A stretch of DNA of 64,000 nt, taken from Planctomycetota bacterium (GTDB taxonomy: Bacteria > Planctomycetota > PLA2 > JAEUHO01). The stretch covers positions 49,797 to 113,796 of the forward strand of contig JBFWRP010000013.1 of assembly GCA_050248855.1 (NCBI GenBank), in the 5' to 3' direction. The notes under the pieces were generated by a model. The model was not told the DNA's origin. It ran no database searches and saw only the letters and a list, made by a program, of their open reading frames with translations. Made by a program: the position numbers and the translations under genes. This document shows, piece after piece, positions 1 through 9,837 of the stretch (positions within the stretch are counted from its first letter, which is position 1; each line of letters begins with the position of its first letter).

Positions 1-524
1 AGATGCGGAAGAGCATCTCGGCCGAGGGCCACCATGCGGGCCACGTCGGGATGGTCCGACGACCAGCTGCTCGTCGGCAGGCCGTCGAGGATCTCATCGA
101 TCTTGGCCGCCACGTCGGGCGGAGAGGTTCCGAACCCCGTGTCGCCCGCAGGCGGAGAGAGGTACTCCTCGATGGTCTCGATGGCCGAACGCTCGGCAGG
201 GGTGCGGCCTTTCCCCCGCTCCTCGAGCGCACGTCGCGTGTGCTTGTCCAGTCGGATCAGGATGTCGATGGCGCGCTCCAAGGCCTGACCGCGCAGGCGG
301 CCGAGGTCGCCGACGAGCCGCTCGGCCGCAGGGCCACCCATGGATCCCAACGCGGCCGTCGCGGCGGCAACGATGGCGGGGTCCTTGCTGGAGAGGCTCT
401 TCACGAGCACGTCCAGGAACTGCTGCTGCTCCTTGGTCGGGGCCGCGAGCGCCGATCGAGGCACGCCGAGGCACCAGCAGCAGGCCGCAAGCAAGATCGT
501 CTTGATCACCCGTCTCCCCGACAT
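1..524 (-). CDS. Secreted HEAT/armadillo-like helical repeat protein (runs off the left window edge)
   Basis: Not in the ORF track; translated by hand. ATG at 524 follows GGGAGGT. Sequence MSGRRVIKTILLAACCWCLGVPRSALA (signal-like), then LVKSLSSKDPAIVAAATAALGSMG and RMVALGRDALPHL (HEAT-like). The frame is open to the edge. Confidence 0.7.
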   Translation of the reverse strand, partial: MSGRRVIKTILLAACCWCLGVPRSALAAPTKEQQQFLDVLVKSLSSKDPAIVAAATAALGSMGGPAAERLVGDLGRLRGQALERAIDILIRLDKHTRRALEERGKGRTPAERSAIETIEEYLSPPAGDTGFGTSPPDVAAKIDEILDGLPTSSWSSDHPDVARMVALGRDALPH

Positions 525-558
525 GGCACCTCCCGGTCGCGCCAAGGTAGGGCCGGGG

Positions 559-1647
559 TCAGGGCGACGCCGAGGGCTTCGCCTCGCGCTCCAGCAGCTC
601 GCGCTTGCGCTCCACGCCCCACCGGTAGCCGGCGAGCGACCCGTCGCCCCGCACGACGCGATGGCAGGGCACGAGCAGGGCGACGCGATTGCGGGCACAG
701 GCCGAAGCCACGGCGCGGACCGCGTCCGGTCGCCCGACGCGCTTCGCCAGCTCGGTGTACGTAATGGTGGACCCGGGCGGGACCTTGCGCAGCGCTTGCC
801 AGACCTGCATCTGGAGCAGGGTGCCCTGCAAGTCCAGGGGGAGCTTCGCGGACGAACCCGGCTGCTCCACGAGGCGGAGTACGTCCGCGAGGAGCGCGGC
901 GCCGTCGGAGTCGGCCTCGCGGATGCGCGCGCGGGCGAAGTCCCTGGCCAGCGCGGTGCGGAGCGCATGGCCGTCGTCTCCCAGCGCCACGGCACAGATA
1001 CCGCGCGTCGTCCACGCGACGAGCACGTGGCCGAGGCTGGAGGTGCCCACGGCGACCTCGACGTCCAGGCCTGCTCCCTGCTGGCGCCGCGACGTGGGCG
1101 TCATGCCCAGGACGGCGTCGGCCTGTTCGTAGAACCGGCCCGACGAACCGTAGCCGGCGCGATGGAAGGCGGCCGTCACCGCGCTGCCTGCGGCGAGCTC
1201 CGAGCGGACCCGCTGCCCACGCATCTCCTGCGCGTACGCATGCGGCGTGAGGCCCGTGACGCGGCGGAACACCCGCTGGAGCCGAGCCATGCCGACGCCC
1301 AACCGCCCGGCCAGCGATGCCACCGGGGGGATCTCCTCCGCTGCCTCGAGGGCTCGACAGGCCTCGGCCACGAGGCGGGCCTCCCGCTCCTCGCGGGATG
1401 CGGCCTCCGGTCGGCAGCGCAAGCACGCGCGATAGCCGGCGCGTCGGGCGGCCCGCGCGTCGTCGTGGAACTCGATGTTCTCCGGCTTCGCGGCGCGCGA
1501 CGGGCACGAAGGGCGGCAGAACACACCGGTCGTGCGCACGGCGTACACGAACGTCCCGTCGGCCCGGGCGTCACGTGCACGCACCAGCGCATGCCGCGGA
1601 TCGTCCTCGACGGCGAGCTTCGCGGGCGCGGGGCGGATCTGGCGGAT
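559..1647 (-). CDS. ada: Bifunctional Ada transcriptional regulator / O6-methylguanine-DNA methyltransferase
   Basis: N-terminal Zn/Cys motifs TGVFCRPSCPSR and GYRACLRCRP, an AraC-type HTH, and the C-terminal active site PCHRV. The start is uncertain: the track uses GTG at 1584, and an ATC at 1647 lies 7 nt after GGAG. Confidence 0.93.
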   Translation of the reverse strand: MRQIRPAPAKLAVEDDPRHALVRARDARADGTFVYAVRTTGVFCRPSCPSRAAKPENIEFHDDARAARRAGYRACLRCRPEAASREEREARLVAEACRALEAAEEIPPVASLAGRLGVGMARLQRVFRRVTGLTPHAYAQEMRGQRVRSELAAGSAVTAAFHRAGYGSSGRFYEQADAVLGMTPTSRRQQGAGLDVEVAVGTSSLGHVLVAWTTRGICAVALGDDGHALRTALARDFARARIREADSDGAALLADVLRLVEQPGSSAKLPLDLQGTLLQMQVWQALRKVPPGSTITYTELAKRVGRPDAVRAVASACARNRVALLVPCHRVVRGDGSLAGYRWGVERKRELLEREAKPSASP

Positions 1648-1741
1648 GGGAGATCTCCGAGGGGGGGGACGGAGCGGAAGGTAGGCCGCCGCCCGTACGC
1701 GCGCACTCCGGATCGCGACGTCGAATCCCGAACGTCTCGCG

Positions 1742-2764
1742 TCAGGCCGCGCGCGGGTGCACGCAACAGGCCACGAGCTCGACGTCCGGGCTCAGGTAGC
1801 CCGGCTTGACGGGCTCGACGCGGCAGAGGTCGGTGCTGAGGTACTTCTTGTTCGAGTCGGGGAAGACGGTCGCCACCACGGCCTCGGCACCCATCGACCG
1901 CGCCACCTGCAGCGCCCCCAGCAAGTTGGCGCCTGAGCTGATCCCGAGCCCCATGCCGAACTGGGCGGCCAAGCGCTGGGCCATCAGGATCGCGTCGCCG
2001 TCGTGGACGTCGACGATGTCGTCGAGGCTCGCGAGGTCCAGGATGGAGGGCACGAACTCGTCGCTGATGCCCTGGATGCGGTGGTGGCCGACGCGTTTGC
2101 CCGTGCGCAGCGTGGGCGAGCTCGCCGGTTCGAGGGGATGGACGCGCACGTTCGGGTTGGCCTCGCGCAAACGGCGTCCCACACCCATCACGGTGCCGCC
2201 CGTCCCGACGCCTGCCACGAAGGCATCGGCCGTCTTGCCCAGGGCCGCCAGCTGCCGCACGAGCTCCTCGCCCGTTCCGCAAGCGTGGGCCGCGACGTTG
2301 GCGGGCGTGTCGAACTGCTGGGGCCGGAAGGCGTCCGGATGCTCGGCGGCGTAGGCGTCGGCCAGGGCGATCGACCCCACGAACCCGCCCTCGGCCTTGC
2401 TCACGGGCACGATCGTGGCTCCCAGGGACTGGATCAGCAGCACGCGCTCGCGACTCATCCAGTCAGGCATGTAGATGCGCACGGGGTGGAGCAGCGCACG
2501 CCCCAAGGCCGCGAAGGCGATGCCCGTGTTGCCGCTCGTCGCCTCCACGATCTCCCCGCCAGGAGCCAAGCGCCCGGTGCGCCACGCCTCTTCCAGGATG
2601 TAGAGGGCCATCCGGTCCTTGATGCTGCCGGTGAAGTTGGGCACCTCGTACTTGGCGAACACCGTCCGCTCGTCCTCGCCGATCCGGCAGCGGATCTCCA
2701 TCAACGGCGTGTTGCCCACCAGGGCGTGCAACGAGCGGAAGATCGACTCGTAGGAGCTGGCCAT
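1742..2764 (-). CDS. cysK: PLP-dependent cysteine synthase family protein
   Basis: [16 protein letters not shown] (PLP lysine), [21 protein letters not shown] and GISSGAN motifs. ATG at 2764 follows GGAGGAGG. Confidence 0.9.
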   Translation of the reverse strand: MASSYESIFRSLHALVGNTPLMEIRCRIGEDERTVFAKYEVPNFTGSIKDRMALYILEEAWRTGRLAPGGEIVEATSGNTGIAFAALGRALLHPVRIYMPDWMSRERVLLIQSLGATIVPVSKAEGGFVGSIALADAYAAEHPDAFRPQQFDTPANVAAHACGTGEELVRQLAALGKTADAFVAGVGTGGTVMGVGRRLREANPNVRVHPLEPASSPTLRTGKRVGHHRIQGISDEFVPSILDLASLDDIVDVHDGDAILMAQRLAAQFGMGLGISSGANLLGALQVARSMGAEAVVATVFPDSNKKYLSTDLCRVEPVKPGYLSPDVELVACCVHPRAA

Positions 2765-2873
2765 GGCGCCTCCTCCAGTCCGCTCGCACATGATGACGCC
2801 GTGGGACAAGGGCGGGGCAGGGATCCCGGGCCGTGCGCCTCCGCCCGACGGCGCCGTGGCGTACGCTGGCGCC

Positions 2874-3680
2874 ATGACGCTGGTCACCCCCTCGGGTCTC
2901 CCTTCCTCGCGGCTGGCCCTGGGTGCGCATCCCCAGACGCCGGGGGCCTGCGTGGACGTAGCGCTCGAGCGCGGGATCCGGTCGTTCTTCTTCTACGACC
3001 GGCACGCCGCCGCCGTGCTCGAGAGGTTGGCGCGCGCCCTCCCCCCGCGACGTGAGGACACGCTCCTTCTCACGGGCACGGAGGAGCGCGACATCCCCGG
3101 CGTCCAGGGCGACCTGGACGCGATCCGCACGCGCCTGGGTGTCGACGCCGTCGACGCGTTCCTGCTCCTCTACGTCGCACCCGGCGAGTCCATCGGCGAC
3201 ATCGATCGCTTGTTGGACCACCTCCACGAGCAGCGCGAAGCGGGGGCCCTGCGCTACGTGGGCGCCTCCGCACACGACCGCCAGCAAGCCGAACGCCTGG
3301 CCCGCGACCCGCGGGTCGACGTGCTCATGCACCGCTACAACATGGCGCATCGAGGGGCGGAGCAGGCAGTGTTCCCCGCGGCCCTCGAAGCCAAGACCCC
3401 CGTGATCGCCTTCACGTGCACGCGTTGGAGGACACTGCTGGCCGGCCACGGGGACTGGCCGCACGAGGTTCCCTCGGCGCCGGACTGCTACCGCTTTGCC
3501 CTCGCGCACCCGGCCGTCGAGCTGGCGCTGACGGCCCCCCACTCGGTCGAGGAGCTGCGTCAGAACCTCGCCGTCCTCGACGCTCGCCCACCGACGCCCG
3601 AAGAGATGGCGACGTGGCGCGCCTACGGCGACGTCGTCTACGGCGGCGTCCCCGGCGAGTTCGAGACGAGCTGGCCGTGA
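2874..3680 (+). CDS. Aldo/keto reductase family protein
   Basis: [35 protein letters not shown] and [11 protein letters not shown]...EELRQNL are AKR-type motifs. Confidence 0.8.
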   Translation: MTLVTPSGLPSSRLALGAHPQTPGACVDVALERGIRSFFFYDRHAAAVLERLARALPPRREDTLLLTGTEERDIPGVQGDLDAIRTRLGVDAVDAFLLLYVAPGESIGDIDRLLDHLHEQREAGALRYVGASAHDRQQAERLARDPRVDVLMHRYNMAHRGAEQAVFPAALEAKTPVIAFTCTRWRTLLAGHGDWPHEVPSAPDCYRFALAHPAVELALTAPHSVEELRQNLAVLDARPPTPEEMATWRAYGDVVYGGVPGEFETSWP

Positions 3681-4108
3681 CCCTGCTCCTCGCCCACGCC
3701 GCCGTAACGCTGCTTCTGACCGGTCTCATCTGGACCGTGCAGGTCGTGCTCTACCCGCTGATGAGCGACATCGGAGCCGAGGCGTTCGGCGCGTGGCACC
3801 AGCGGTACACACGGGCGATCACGTGGCTCGTGGGCCCCTTGATGCTGGCCGAGCTGGGCCTGGCGATCGCGCTGCCGTTCGTGAAGCCCGCGGGCGTACC
3901 CGAGCCGTGGACCTGGCTCGGCGTGGCGCTGGTGCTCCAGATCCACGCCGTGACGGCACTGGTCTCGGTGCCGTGCCACGAGCGCTTGGCCGAGGGGTTC
4001 GAGGCGGACGCCCACCGCCGCCTCGTCCGCTCCACTTGGCTGCGCACGATCGGTTGGACGGTGCGCGCCGGCTTGGCGATCGGCATGGTGGCCGTCGGGC
4101 GAGCCTAA
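3677..4108 (+). CDS. Four-TM membrane protein (GLIWTVQVVxYP family)
   Basis: GTG overlaps the AKR stop (GTGA). Hydrophobic helices LLTGLIWTVQVVLYP, VGPLMLAE and WLRTIGW. Confidence 0.8.
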   Translation: MTLLLAHAAVTLLLTGLIWTVQVVLYPLMSDIGAEAFGAWHQRYTRAITWLVGPLMLAELGLAIALPFVKPAGVPEPWTWLGVALVLQIHAVTALVSVPCHERLAEGFEADAHRRLVRSTWLRTIGWTVRAGLAIGMVAVGRA

Positions 4109-4118
4109 CGACTCGACG

Positions 4119-5363
4119 TCACTCGTTGCCCTCCGGGTCGAGGTCGGCTTCGACCTCGGCGGCCCGCTCCGTCTCGCCCGCTTGGTGGAAGAGCGAGCGC
4201 GCATGGACCAGGAGGGCGCGGCCTTCGTCCTCACGGCCCGTGCGCCGCGCCGCCAAGCCCCGTGCCCACAGCGCCTGGGCCCTCGACGCCGGCCTCTCCA
4301 GCTTCTCGTAGAGCCGCTCGGCCTTGCCGGCAAGCTCGATGACCCGGTTCCAGTCGCCGTCGGCCGAGCGCTCGGGAGAGACCACGCTGCTCGCACGCAA
4401 GAGGGCGCGCGCTTGGAGCAGCTCGTCCCCGATGCGTCCGGCCAGCTGCTCGGCGCGCTCGTAGAACGACACCGCCTCGCCGAGCCTCGTGTCGTCGTCG
4501 CCATCCTGTTCGACACAAACACCGAGCTGGTAGGCGATGGTCGCTCGCAGCTCGTCCAGGTTGAGCACCTGGCGCTCGGACACCTGCGAGGCGAAGGTGT
4601 CGGCTCGTCGGTAGGCCGCTTCGCAGTCCGCCCACGTCGTATCGGGGACGTGGCCCGGCATCAGGCACCACGCCTCGTCCACGAGGGCCGAGAGGCGCAG
4701 GGCAATCAGCGTCTTCTCCCCCTGCGCCGTGGTCTGGGCGGCGCGGCAGCAATCGACGGCGCGCAGCCAGTCGTTCGGCGCGCCCTTGCGCATGAACACG
4801 TTGCCCAGGCCGAGGGAAGCCGACGCACGGGCGTGTGCGTCCGAGGGTCCGCTCCGTTGCCAGAGGAACATCCTGGCCTCCGAGACCGAGCGGAAGGCCT
4901 CCTCGGCGCGGACGAGGGTGTCCGCGTCGCGCGGCGCATCCAGCCAGGCCCACCCCGCGGACGCCCACGCTTCTTGGGCCTCGACGGTTGCTCCGCACCC
5001 GCGCCAGGCGTACGCCGCCTGCTCGTAGGCCTGGGCCGCCTCCCGCTCGCGACCCGGTTGGTTGCGGAGCTCCCCGGCGCGAAGCGTGGCATCGATCCCG
5101 GACTGGCAGTTCGCCGCCGATCCACTCAGCAGACTACGCGGGCCGTCCCGCGGGGTGGGGTCCGACACGGCACCGAGCAGCTTCGCGATGATGTAGGCGA
5201 TCACGAACGCCCCACCGACGCCGATCGGAACGGCCTTCTTGCCGGGTTTGGCACGTGAGCGACTCGCCCCCAGGACGGACGGCCGCGAGCTCACCGGGGC
5301 CCGTCGCCGAGACGGCTGCCGCGGGGCGGGTCGACGGGAGGGGCGCGGGGGATCGGGGGACAT
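4119..5363 (-). CDS. Membrane-anchored TPR-like helical repeat protein
   Basis: One TM segment (VGGAFVIAYIIAKLLG) followed by repeated TPR-like helices (AAQAYEQAA, AVSFYERA, ARSLFHQAG). Confidence 0.7.
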   Translation of the reverse strand: MSPDPPRPSRRPAPRQPSRRRAPVSSRPSVLGASRSRAKPGKKAVPIGVGGAFVIAYIIAKLLGAVSDPTPRDGPRSLLSGSAANCQSGIDATLRAGELRNQPGREREAAQAYEQAAYAWRGCGATVEAQEAWASAGWAWLDAPRDADTLVRAEEAFRSVSEARMFLWQRSGPSDAHARASASLGLGNVFMRKGAPNDWLRAVDCCRAAQTTAQGEKTLIALRLSALVDEAWCLMPGHVPDTTWADCEAAYRRADTFASQVSERQVLNLDELRATIAYQLGVCVEQDGDDDTRLGEAVSFYERAEQLAGRIGDELLQARALLRASSVVSPERSADGDWNRVIELAGKAERLYEKLERPASRAQALWARGLAARRTGREDEGRALLVHARSLFHQAGETERAAEVEADLDPEGNE

Positions 5364-5386
5364 GTGCGAGCCCGAGGGTACCGACG

Positions 5387-6376
5387 TCAGACGCCCGGCG
5401 GCTTCGGTCGCTTCGACCGGCGCGGCGCCTGCGCTTCCTCCGCCGGATCCGCCTTGAGCTGGGCCCGCTCCTCGATGCGACGCAAGGTGGCCGACGGAAC
5501 GCCGGCATGCGTGAGCAACGGGACCTCGGAGGACCGCGCCCCCTTCTTCGTCGGGGGGCCCACGGTGGAGACGTCGAGCCACGCGGGGCAGGATCGCGCA
5601 CACACATGCGCTCGCACGTGGAGGGGCGGCGCCCGTCGATCGGTGGACGGCAGCGCCAACAGGTCATCGATGGTGCCGTGGCGGATGGCCTCGCGCGCAT
5701 CGCGCGGTGGCACGTGGCGAATCGAGGCGACGTCGATGACGTCGCAGAAGCGGCGACACTCTTCGCAGTAGACGCGGTCCAACCGCTTCTCGGCCATGAG
5801 CCACGCGCCGCCTGCCAGGATGCCGAGCTCGACCAGCCAGACGAGCCAGACCATCCCGCCGCTGAGACCCACGCCGCCCGAGCGGCGCCCCACGGTCCAG
5901 CCGCCCTCCTGGCGCAGCTGGATGTAGTCGCCAACGCCAAAGCTGGAGACGAGCTCTTCGAACGCCTCCTCGTCGAACTCCCCCTCACCCTCCAGGGCAA
6001 GTCGCGTCTGCAACGCCTCGCGTTCTTCCCGGATCTCCCCCCGCGTGAAGACGGCCGCCGCCTGGAACGAAACGACGAACGCCACGGCGGCCGCCCCCGC
6101 CGCGAACCCCGCGCCCATCTTGGCGGCGCGCCCATGGGTCTTGAGGAAGGCCTCCGACATCGCCCAGCCGATCGCCGCGGCGAAGCCGCCCACGATCAGG
6201 AAGTTCACGTAGATCAAGGGCATCCACATGGTGATGCGCTGGTAGGCAAATGCGCCTGCACTCGCCAGGGCCACCACGGCGAGCGCCGCCGGCACCGTGG
6301 AAGAGCCGACGCGATCCGACGGTTCGTAGAAGTCCCAGCCCGCATAGGGGCGACGCGAACTGCCCGACGAGCTCAC
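5387..6376 (-). CDS. Multi-pass membrane protein with C-terminal CxxC segment
   Basis: Four hydrophobic segments and YCEEC. Third codon positions are GC-biased in this frame. Confidence 0.7.
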   Translation of the reverse strand: MSSSGSSRRPYAGWDFYEPSDRVGSSTVPAALAVVALASAGAFAYQRITMWMPLIYVNFLIVGGFAAAIGWAMSEAFLKTHGRAAKMGAGFAAGAAAVAFVVSFQAAAVFTRGEIREEREALQTRLALEGEGEFDEEAFEELVSSFGVGDYIQLRQEGGWTVGRRSGGVGLSGGMVWLVWLVELGILAGGAWLMAEKRLDRVYCEECRRFCDVIDVASIRHVPPRDAREAIRHGTIDDLLALPSTDRRAPPLHVRAHVCARSCPAWLDVSTVGPPTKKGARSSEVPLLTHAGVPSATLRRIEERAQLKADPAEEAQAPRRSKRPKPPGV

Positions 6377-6449
6377 GACTCTGCCCTCCTCGTTCCGGTG
6401 CCGCTGCGGAGTGTACGGAACGTGGGCTTCAGGCCGCCAGGGTCAGGTC

Positions 6450-7092
6450 GTGCCGGGAGGGGCAGATCGCCGACCTCGATCGACGTCTCGCGACCCTGGC
6501 AGCTCACGTCCGAGCCCAGGTGGAGAACGCCCGTCAGGGCTACGGGCAGCTGACGCGGGCGGTGCGTGAGGCCACGGCCGCGCCGGCCGGTGCGTCGCTC
6601 GAGGCCCTGGCTGCACGTACGCAGCTCCTGGACGAGACGCTGCACGACACCCGGCCGGTCGCGGAGCGTATCGAGGCGCTCAAGAGCAACCCGCACGGCG
6701 CCTACCACTACGTACCCAAGGCCGATCACGGCGAGCTGATCACCTCGATGGGACGCATCGAGGAGCACCACCGCCGGACCCGGCGGAAGTACGACACGAG
6801 CAGGTGATGGACGCCCTGATCGCATTGGGCCAGGGGCAGCAGCAGATCATGGACATGATCGTGTCGTCGTCCGAGCAGTCGGCTGGCGCTCCCCACGCGG
6901 GCCGAGATCGCCGAGGGGCGCATCCGCTTCTCGCCCTACGGCGAACAGCTTGCCAAGCGCCAAGGCGAGCTCGACCGCCGCCTCTTGGCCTACACCCTGG
7001 CGTTCGGTGATCCGGCGCACGGCGCCGACACGCACGCGCACCTCTGGCTGCGCACGCTCCTCCATGCGGCCGCGATGGATGCCACGCCGTAG
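6450..7092 (+). pseudogene. Probable frameshifted gene remnant (helical/coiled-coil protein)
   Basis: Three consecutive coding-like segments in different frames: ...LDRRLATLAAHV...RRKYD, then HEQVMDALIALGQGQQQIMDMIVSS, then RLALPTRAEIAEGRIRFSPYGEQ...AAMDATP stop 7092. No clear start. Confidence 0.45.
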
Positions 7093-7142
7093 GCCCAACA
7101 TCCTCCGCTCGCCAGACCCGGCGTCCCCCTATCTTGGCGCGG

Positions 7143-7652
7143 ATGGGAAGCACGTGGCCCGAGCGCTTGGATGCACTGCGCGACCGCTTCACGCTTCGGG
7201 CCCTCGTGCTTGCCGCGGTGGCCGTGTCGTTGCTGTTCCTCCTGACGATCTACGGTGCCGTGCTGCTCGGCACGCGCGTGACGCTACCGACCCTGGCCCT
7301 CCTGCCGTTCTGGGCGGGCCTGTTGGCCATCGTCCTCTGGATGCCCTGGGACTGGGGCGACCCGGAGCCAAGTCACATTCTCGGGCAGTGGGTCTACTGG
7401 GAGGGGTTGCTCGTGTGCGGGTCCGTCGCGACCGTCGCCGCACTTCATGGCAAGTACCTCCACATGCTGGCCGATGCCTTGAAGGGTCCCCCGCCGCCGC
7501 AAGACGAGCCGTGGCAAGCGCTCCTCCACGCCGACAGGCTGCAAGCCCTGCGCGACGACGTGCTCGGTGCAGCCCTCATGTCCGAGGTGGGCTACCTACC
7601 GATCGCGCTCCTCGGCGTCGCGCTGCTGCTCGACTGGTGGATTCTCCGCTAG
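7143..7652 (+). CDS. Hypothetical multi-pass membrane protein
   Basis: About four TM segments. TATCTT lies 7 nt before ATG 7143. Confidence 0.65.
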   Translation: MGSTWPERLDALRDRFTLRALVLAAVAVSLLFLLTIYGAVLLGTRVTLPTLALLPFWAGLLAIVLWMPWDWGDPEPSHILGQWVYWEGLLVCGSVATVAALHGKYLHMLADALKGPPPPQDEPWQALLHADRLQALRDDVLGAALMSEVGYLPIALLGVALLLDWWILR

Positions 7653-8143
7653 GGCAAGTCCCGCATCGGGAAGTCCAAGCCGGGCGGCACGGGATGGCCG
7701 AAGGCGCGAAGCATCACCTTCACCTGGCCGATGTGGTGGAACACATGCGTCTGCGTGCGGAGCACGGCGTAGGCGGGCGCGAACGTGGCCTCGCGACCGC
7801 CGTACTGGAGGAACGGCGTAGGCGTGGCGAGGGCCTCGTCGGACATCCCCTCGAGCCACGAGCGCGTCCGTGCGGCCACGCGCTGGCGGAACGCTTCAAG
7901 CGCATCGACCGAGGCGGCATCGGCGTCGGCCTCGTCGACGAGCATCTCGCCGTTGACCACCCCGATCCAGTAGCGCTCGGCGCTGATCACGTGCTGCAGC
8001 TTCTGCGCGATCGTGCCGGGCCCGATGGCCTCGAGCGTGCGGTGGATCACGTCGGACGGCGCGGTGCGGGCGTGGTCCAGCACGCCCTTCAGGCTGTGGT
8101 GCGTGCGCCGCTGGAGGTCCATCAGGCTCGCGGCGGTGTGCAT
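7649..8143 (-). CDS. DinB/YfiT family protein
   Basis: TIAQKLQHVISAERYW and HVFHHIGQV (metal-binding His pattern of DinB proteins). Confidence 0.85.
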   Translation of the reverse strand: MHTAASLMDLQRRTHHSLKGVLDHARTAPSDVIHRTLEAIGPGTIAQKLQHVISAERYWIGVVNGEMLVDEADADAASVDALEAFRQRVAARTRSWLEGMSDEALATPTPFLQYGGREATFAPAYAVLRTQTHVFHHIGQVKVMLRAFGHPVPPGLDFPMRDLP

Positions 8144-8287
8144 GGGGCCCCCCGCGCGGTCCCCGACCGCGCCGGGCCAGCCTACGGGGGAGGCCTTCGT
8201 GAAGGGGCCGCGGGGGCACGCTGCGCACCACTGTCCGAGCCCGGGCCCGGGCACTAGGTTGGAGGGCCTTCCCGGAGGAGACCTGCC

Positions 8288-8692
8288 ATGAGCCCCCGCC
8301 GCCTCACTCTCGCCCTTGCCGCCGCGCTCCTGCTTCCCGCCTGCGGCGAACAGGCCAAGGAGAAGACCAAGGAGATCGGCCACGCGATCGGCGAAAAGGC
8401 CGGTGCGACGTGGGCCTCCATCCGGGACTTCACCGTCGAGAAGAAGGACCAGGCCGTGGAGTTCTTCTCCAAGAGCAAGGACGCCCTCGCCGAGGACTTC
8501 GAGAAGGTCAAGGCCAAGAGCGCCGATTGGTCCGAGGGAGCGAAGGAGTCCCTGGACCACAAATGGGAGCAGGTCCAGCAGACCTACGCCAAGGCCAAGG
8601 ACGCCACCGGCGAGGGCTGGGCCACCGCCCGCGACGCCTTCAAGGCCGCCGTCGACGCCTTCAAGCAGGAGCTCGAGAAGCACCGCGAGTAG
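8288..8692 (+). CDS. Lipoprotein, amphipathic helical (apolipoprotein/LEA-like)
   Basis: GGAGGAG RBS, lipobox LLPAC, and a Lys/Glu/Ala-rich helical body. Confidence 0.85.
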   Translation: MSPRRLTLALAAALLLPACGEQAKEKTKEIGHAIGEKAGATWASIRDFTVEKKDQAVEFFSKSKDALAEDFEKVKAKSADWSEGAKESLDHKWEQVQQTYAKAKDATGEGWATARDAFKAAVDAFKQELEKHRE

Positions 8693-8764
8693 CCGTTCGC
8701 CGAACGCCGCTCGCGCGGCCTGCACGCACTCGATCTCACCACAGCCCTGGAATCAGGGCTTTCG

Positions 8765-8865
8765 CCACCCCGGAATTCCGGGGTGGAGGCGCCACGCCGG
8801 AATTCCGGGGTGGCTTGCCGTGCCGAAGCCCCGGCGGCGAGTGGTCGCGCCGGAATTCCGGCGCG
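8765..8865. repeat. Cluster of three palindromes centred on CCGGAATTCCGG
   Basis: 8765-8786 CCACCCCGGAATTCCGGGGTGG (perfect); 8791-8814 GCCACGCCGGAATTCCGGGGTGGC (one mismatch); 8846-8865 CGCGCCGGAATTCCGGCGCG (perfect). Confidence 0.9.
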
Positions 8866-8885
8866 CCTTCCCGGGGAGACACGCC

Positions 8886-9653
8886 ATGGACCCGCTGCCT
8901 CCTGATCTTCGCGATTGCCTGCGCGGCATCCCCTCCATCGGTGTCATCACCGGGGCCGGCGTGTCCGTGGAGAGCGGGATCCGCTCCTACCGCGGCCAGG
9001 GGGGGCTGTACGACGACCCCGAGGAGGGAGAGCGAAACGCCGAGGCCCTGAGCGGCCCGGTCCTACGCCGTGATCCGGACCGCACGTGGCGCGTGGTCGC
9101 AGAGATGGCGCGCGCCTCGGCGGGCGCCAAGCCCAACGCCGGACACGAGGCCCTCGTGCGCCTCGAGCAGGGCGTCGAACGCTTCGTGCTGCTCACGCAG
9201 AACGTCGACGGCCTGCACGCGGCCGCGGGGTCCAGGAACATCATCGACATCCATGGCGACATCCGCACGACACGGTGCATGTCGTGCGATGCCTTGGCCC
9301 GCCTGACCCCCGAGTTGCTGCGGGCCCTCGAGGTCGCGCCCCGCTGTGCCCACTGCGACGGCGTGCTGCGCCCCGACATCGTCCTGTTCGGTGAGTACCT
9401 GCCGCCCGCGAAGTACGCCCGCATCCAGGCCGAGCTCGTCGAGGACCCGCCCGATCTCCTCCTGGCCGCCGGGACGACGGCGCTCTTCCCCTACATCTGC
9501 CATCCCGTGATCGCCGTCGCCGAAGTGGACCACATCACGGTCGAGGTGAACCCCGAGCCCACCGTCCTCACCGACGTGGTCGGCTGGAGCCTGCGCGGAA
9601 GCGCCGGCCAGCTCCTGCCGGCGATTGCCGACGCCGTGCTCGGCGTCGCCTGA
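8886..9653 (+). CDS. cobB: NAD-dependent protein deacylase (Sir2 family)
   Basis: TGAGVSVESGI, TQNVDGLH, IHG, two CxxC Zn pairs, RPDIVLFGE and VNPEPT. Confidence 0.92.
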   Translation: MDPLPPDLRDCLRGIPSIGVITGAGVSVESGIRSYRGQGGLYDDPEEGERNAEALSGPVLRRDPDRTWRVVAEMARASAGAKPNAGHEALVRLEQGVERFVLLTQNVDGLHAAAGSRNIIDIHGDIRTTRCMSCDALARLTPELLRALEVAPRCAHCDGVLRPDIVLFGEYLPPAKYARIQAELVEDPPDLLLAAGTTALFPYICHPVIAVAEVDHITVEVNPEPTVLTDVVGWSLRGSAGQLLPAIADAVLGVA

Positions 9654-9837
9654 GCGCCCACTCCCAGGGGCCAAGGTCCCAGGCTCCACGCCAAGCCTCA
9701 CGAACGTTGGCCGTTCGGTGGAGATAGGGAGCAACGGGTTGACCGATCCACAAGTCGCGGTCTAGCGCCTTCGGCGATCATGCCCGTCCTGCCGCGCGGC
9801 CCGGGAGGCGGCGCGGCCCCCCCTTGGAGCCCTCCCC

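Noticed and set aside
8765..8865. CRISPR array or cloning-linker (EcoRI) artefact
   Set aside because: Only three units, with irregular spacing and no spacer-sized unique sequences or cas genes. The symmetric variation of the flanks does not fit a fixed linker.
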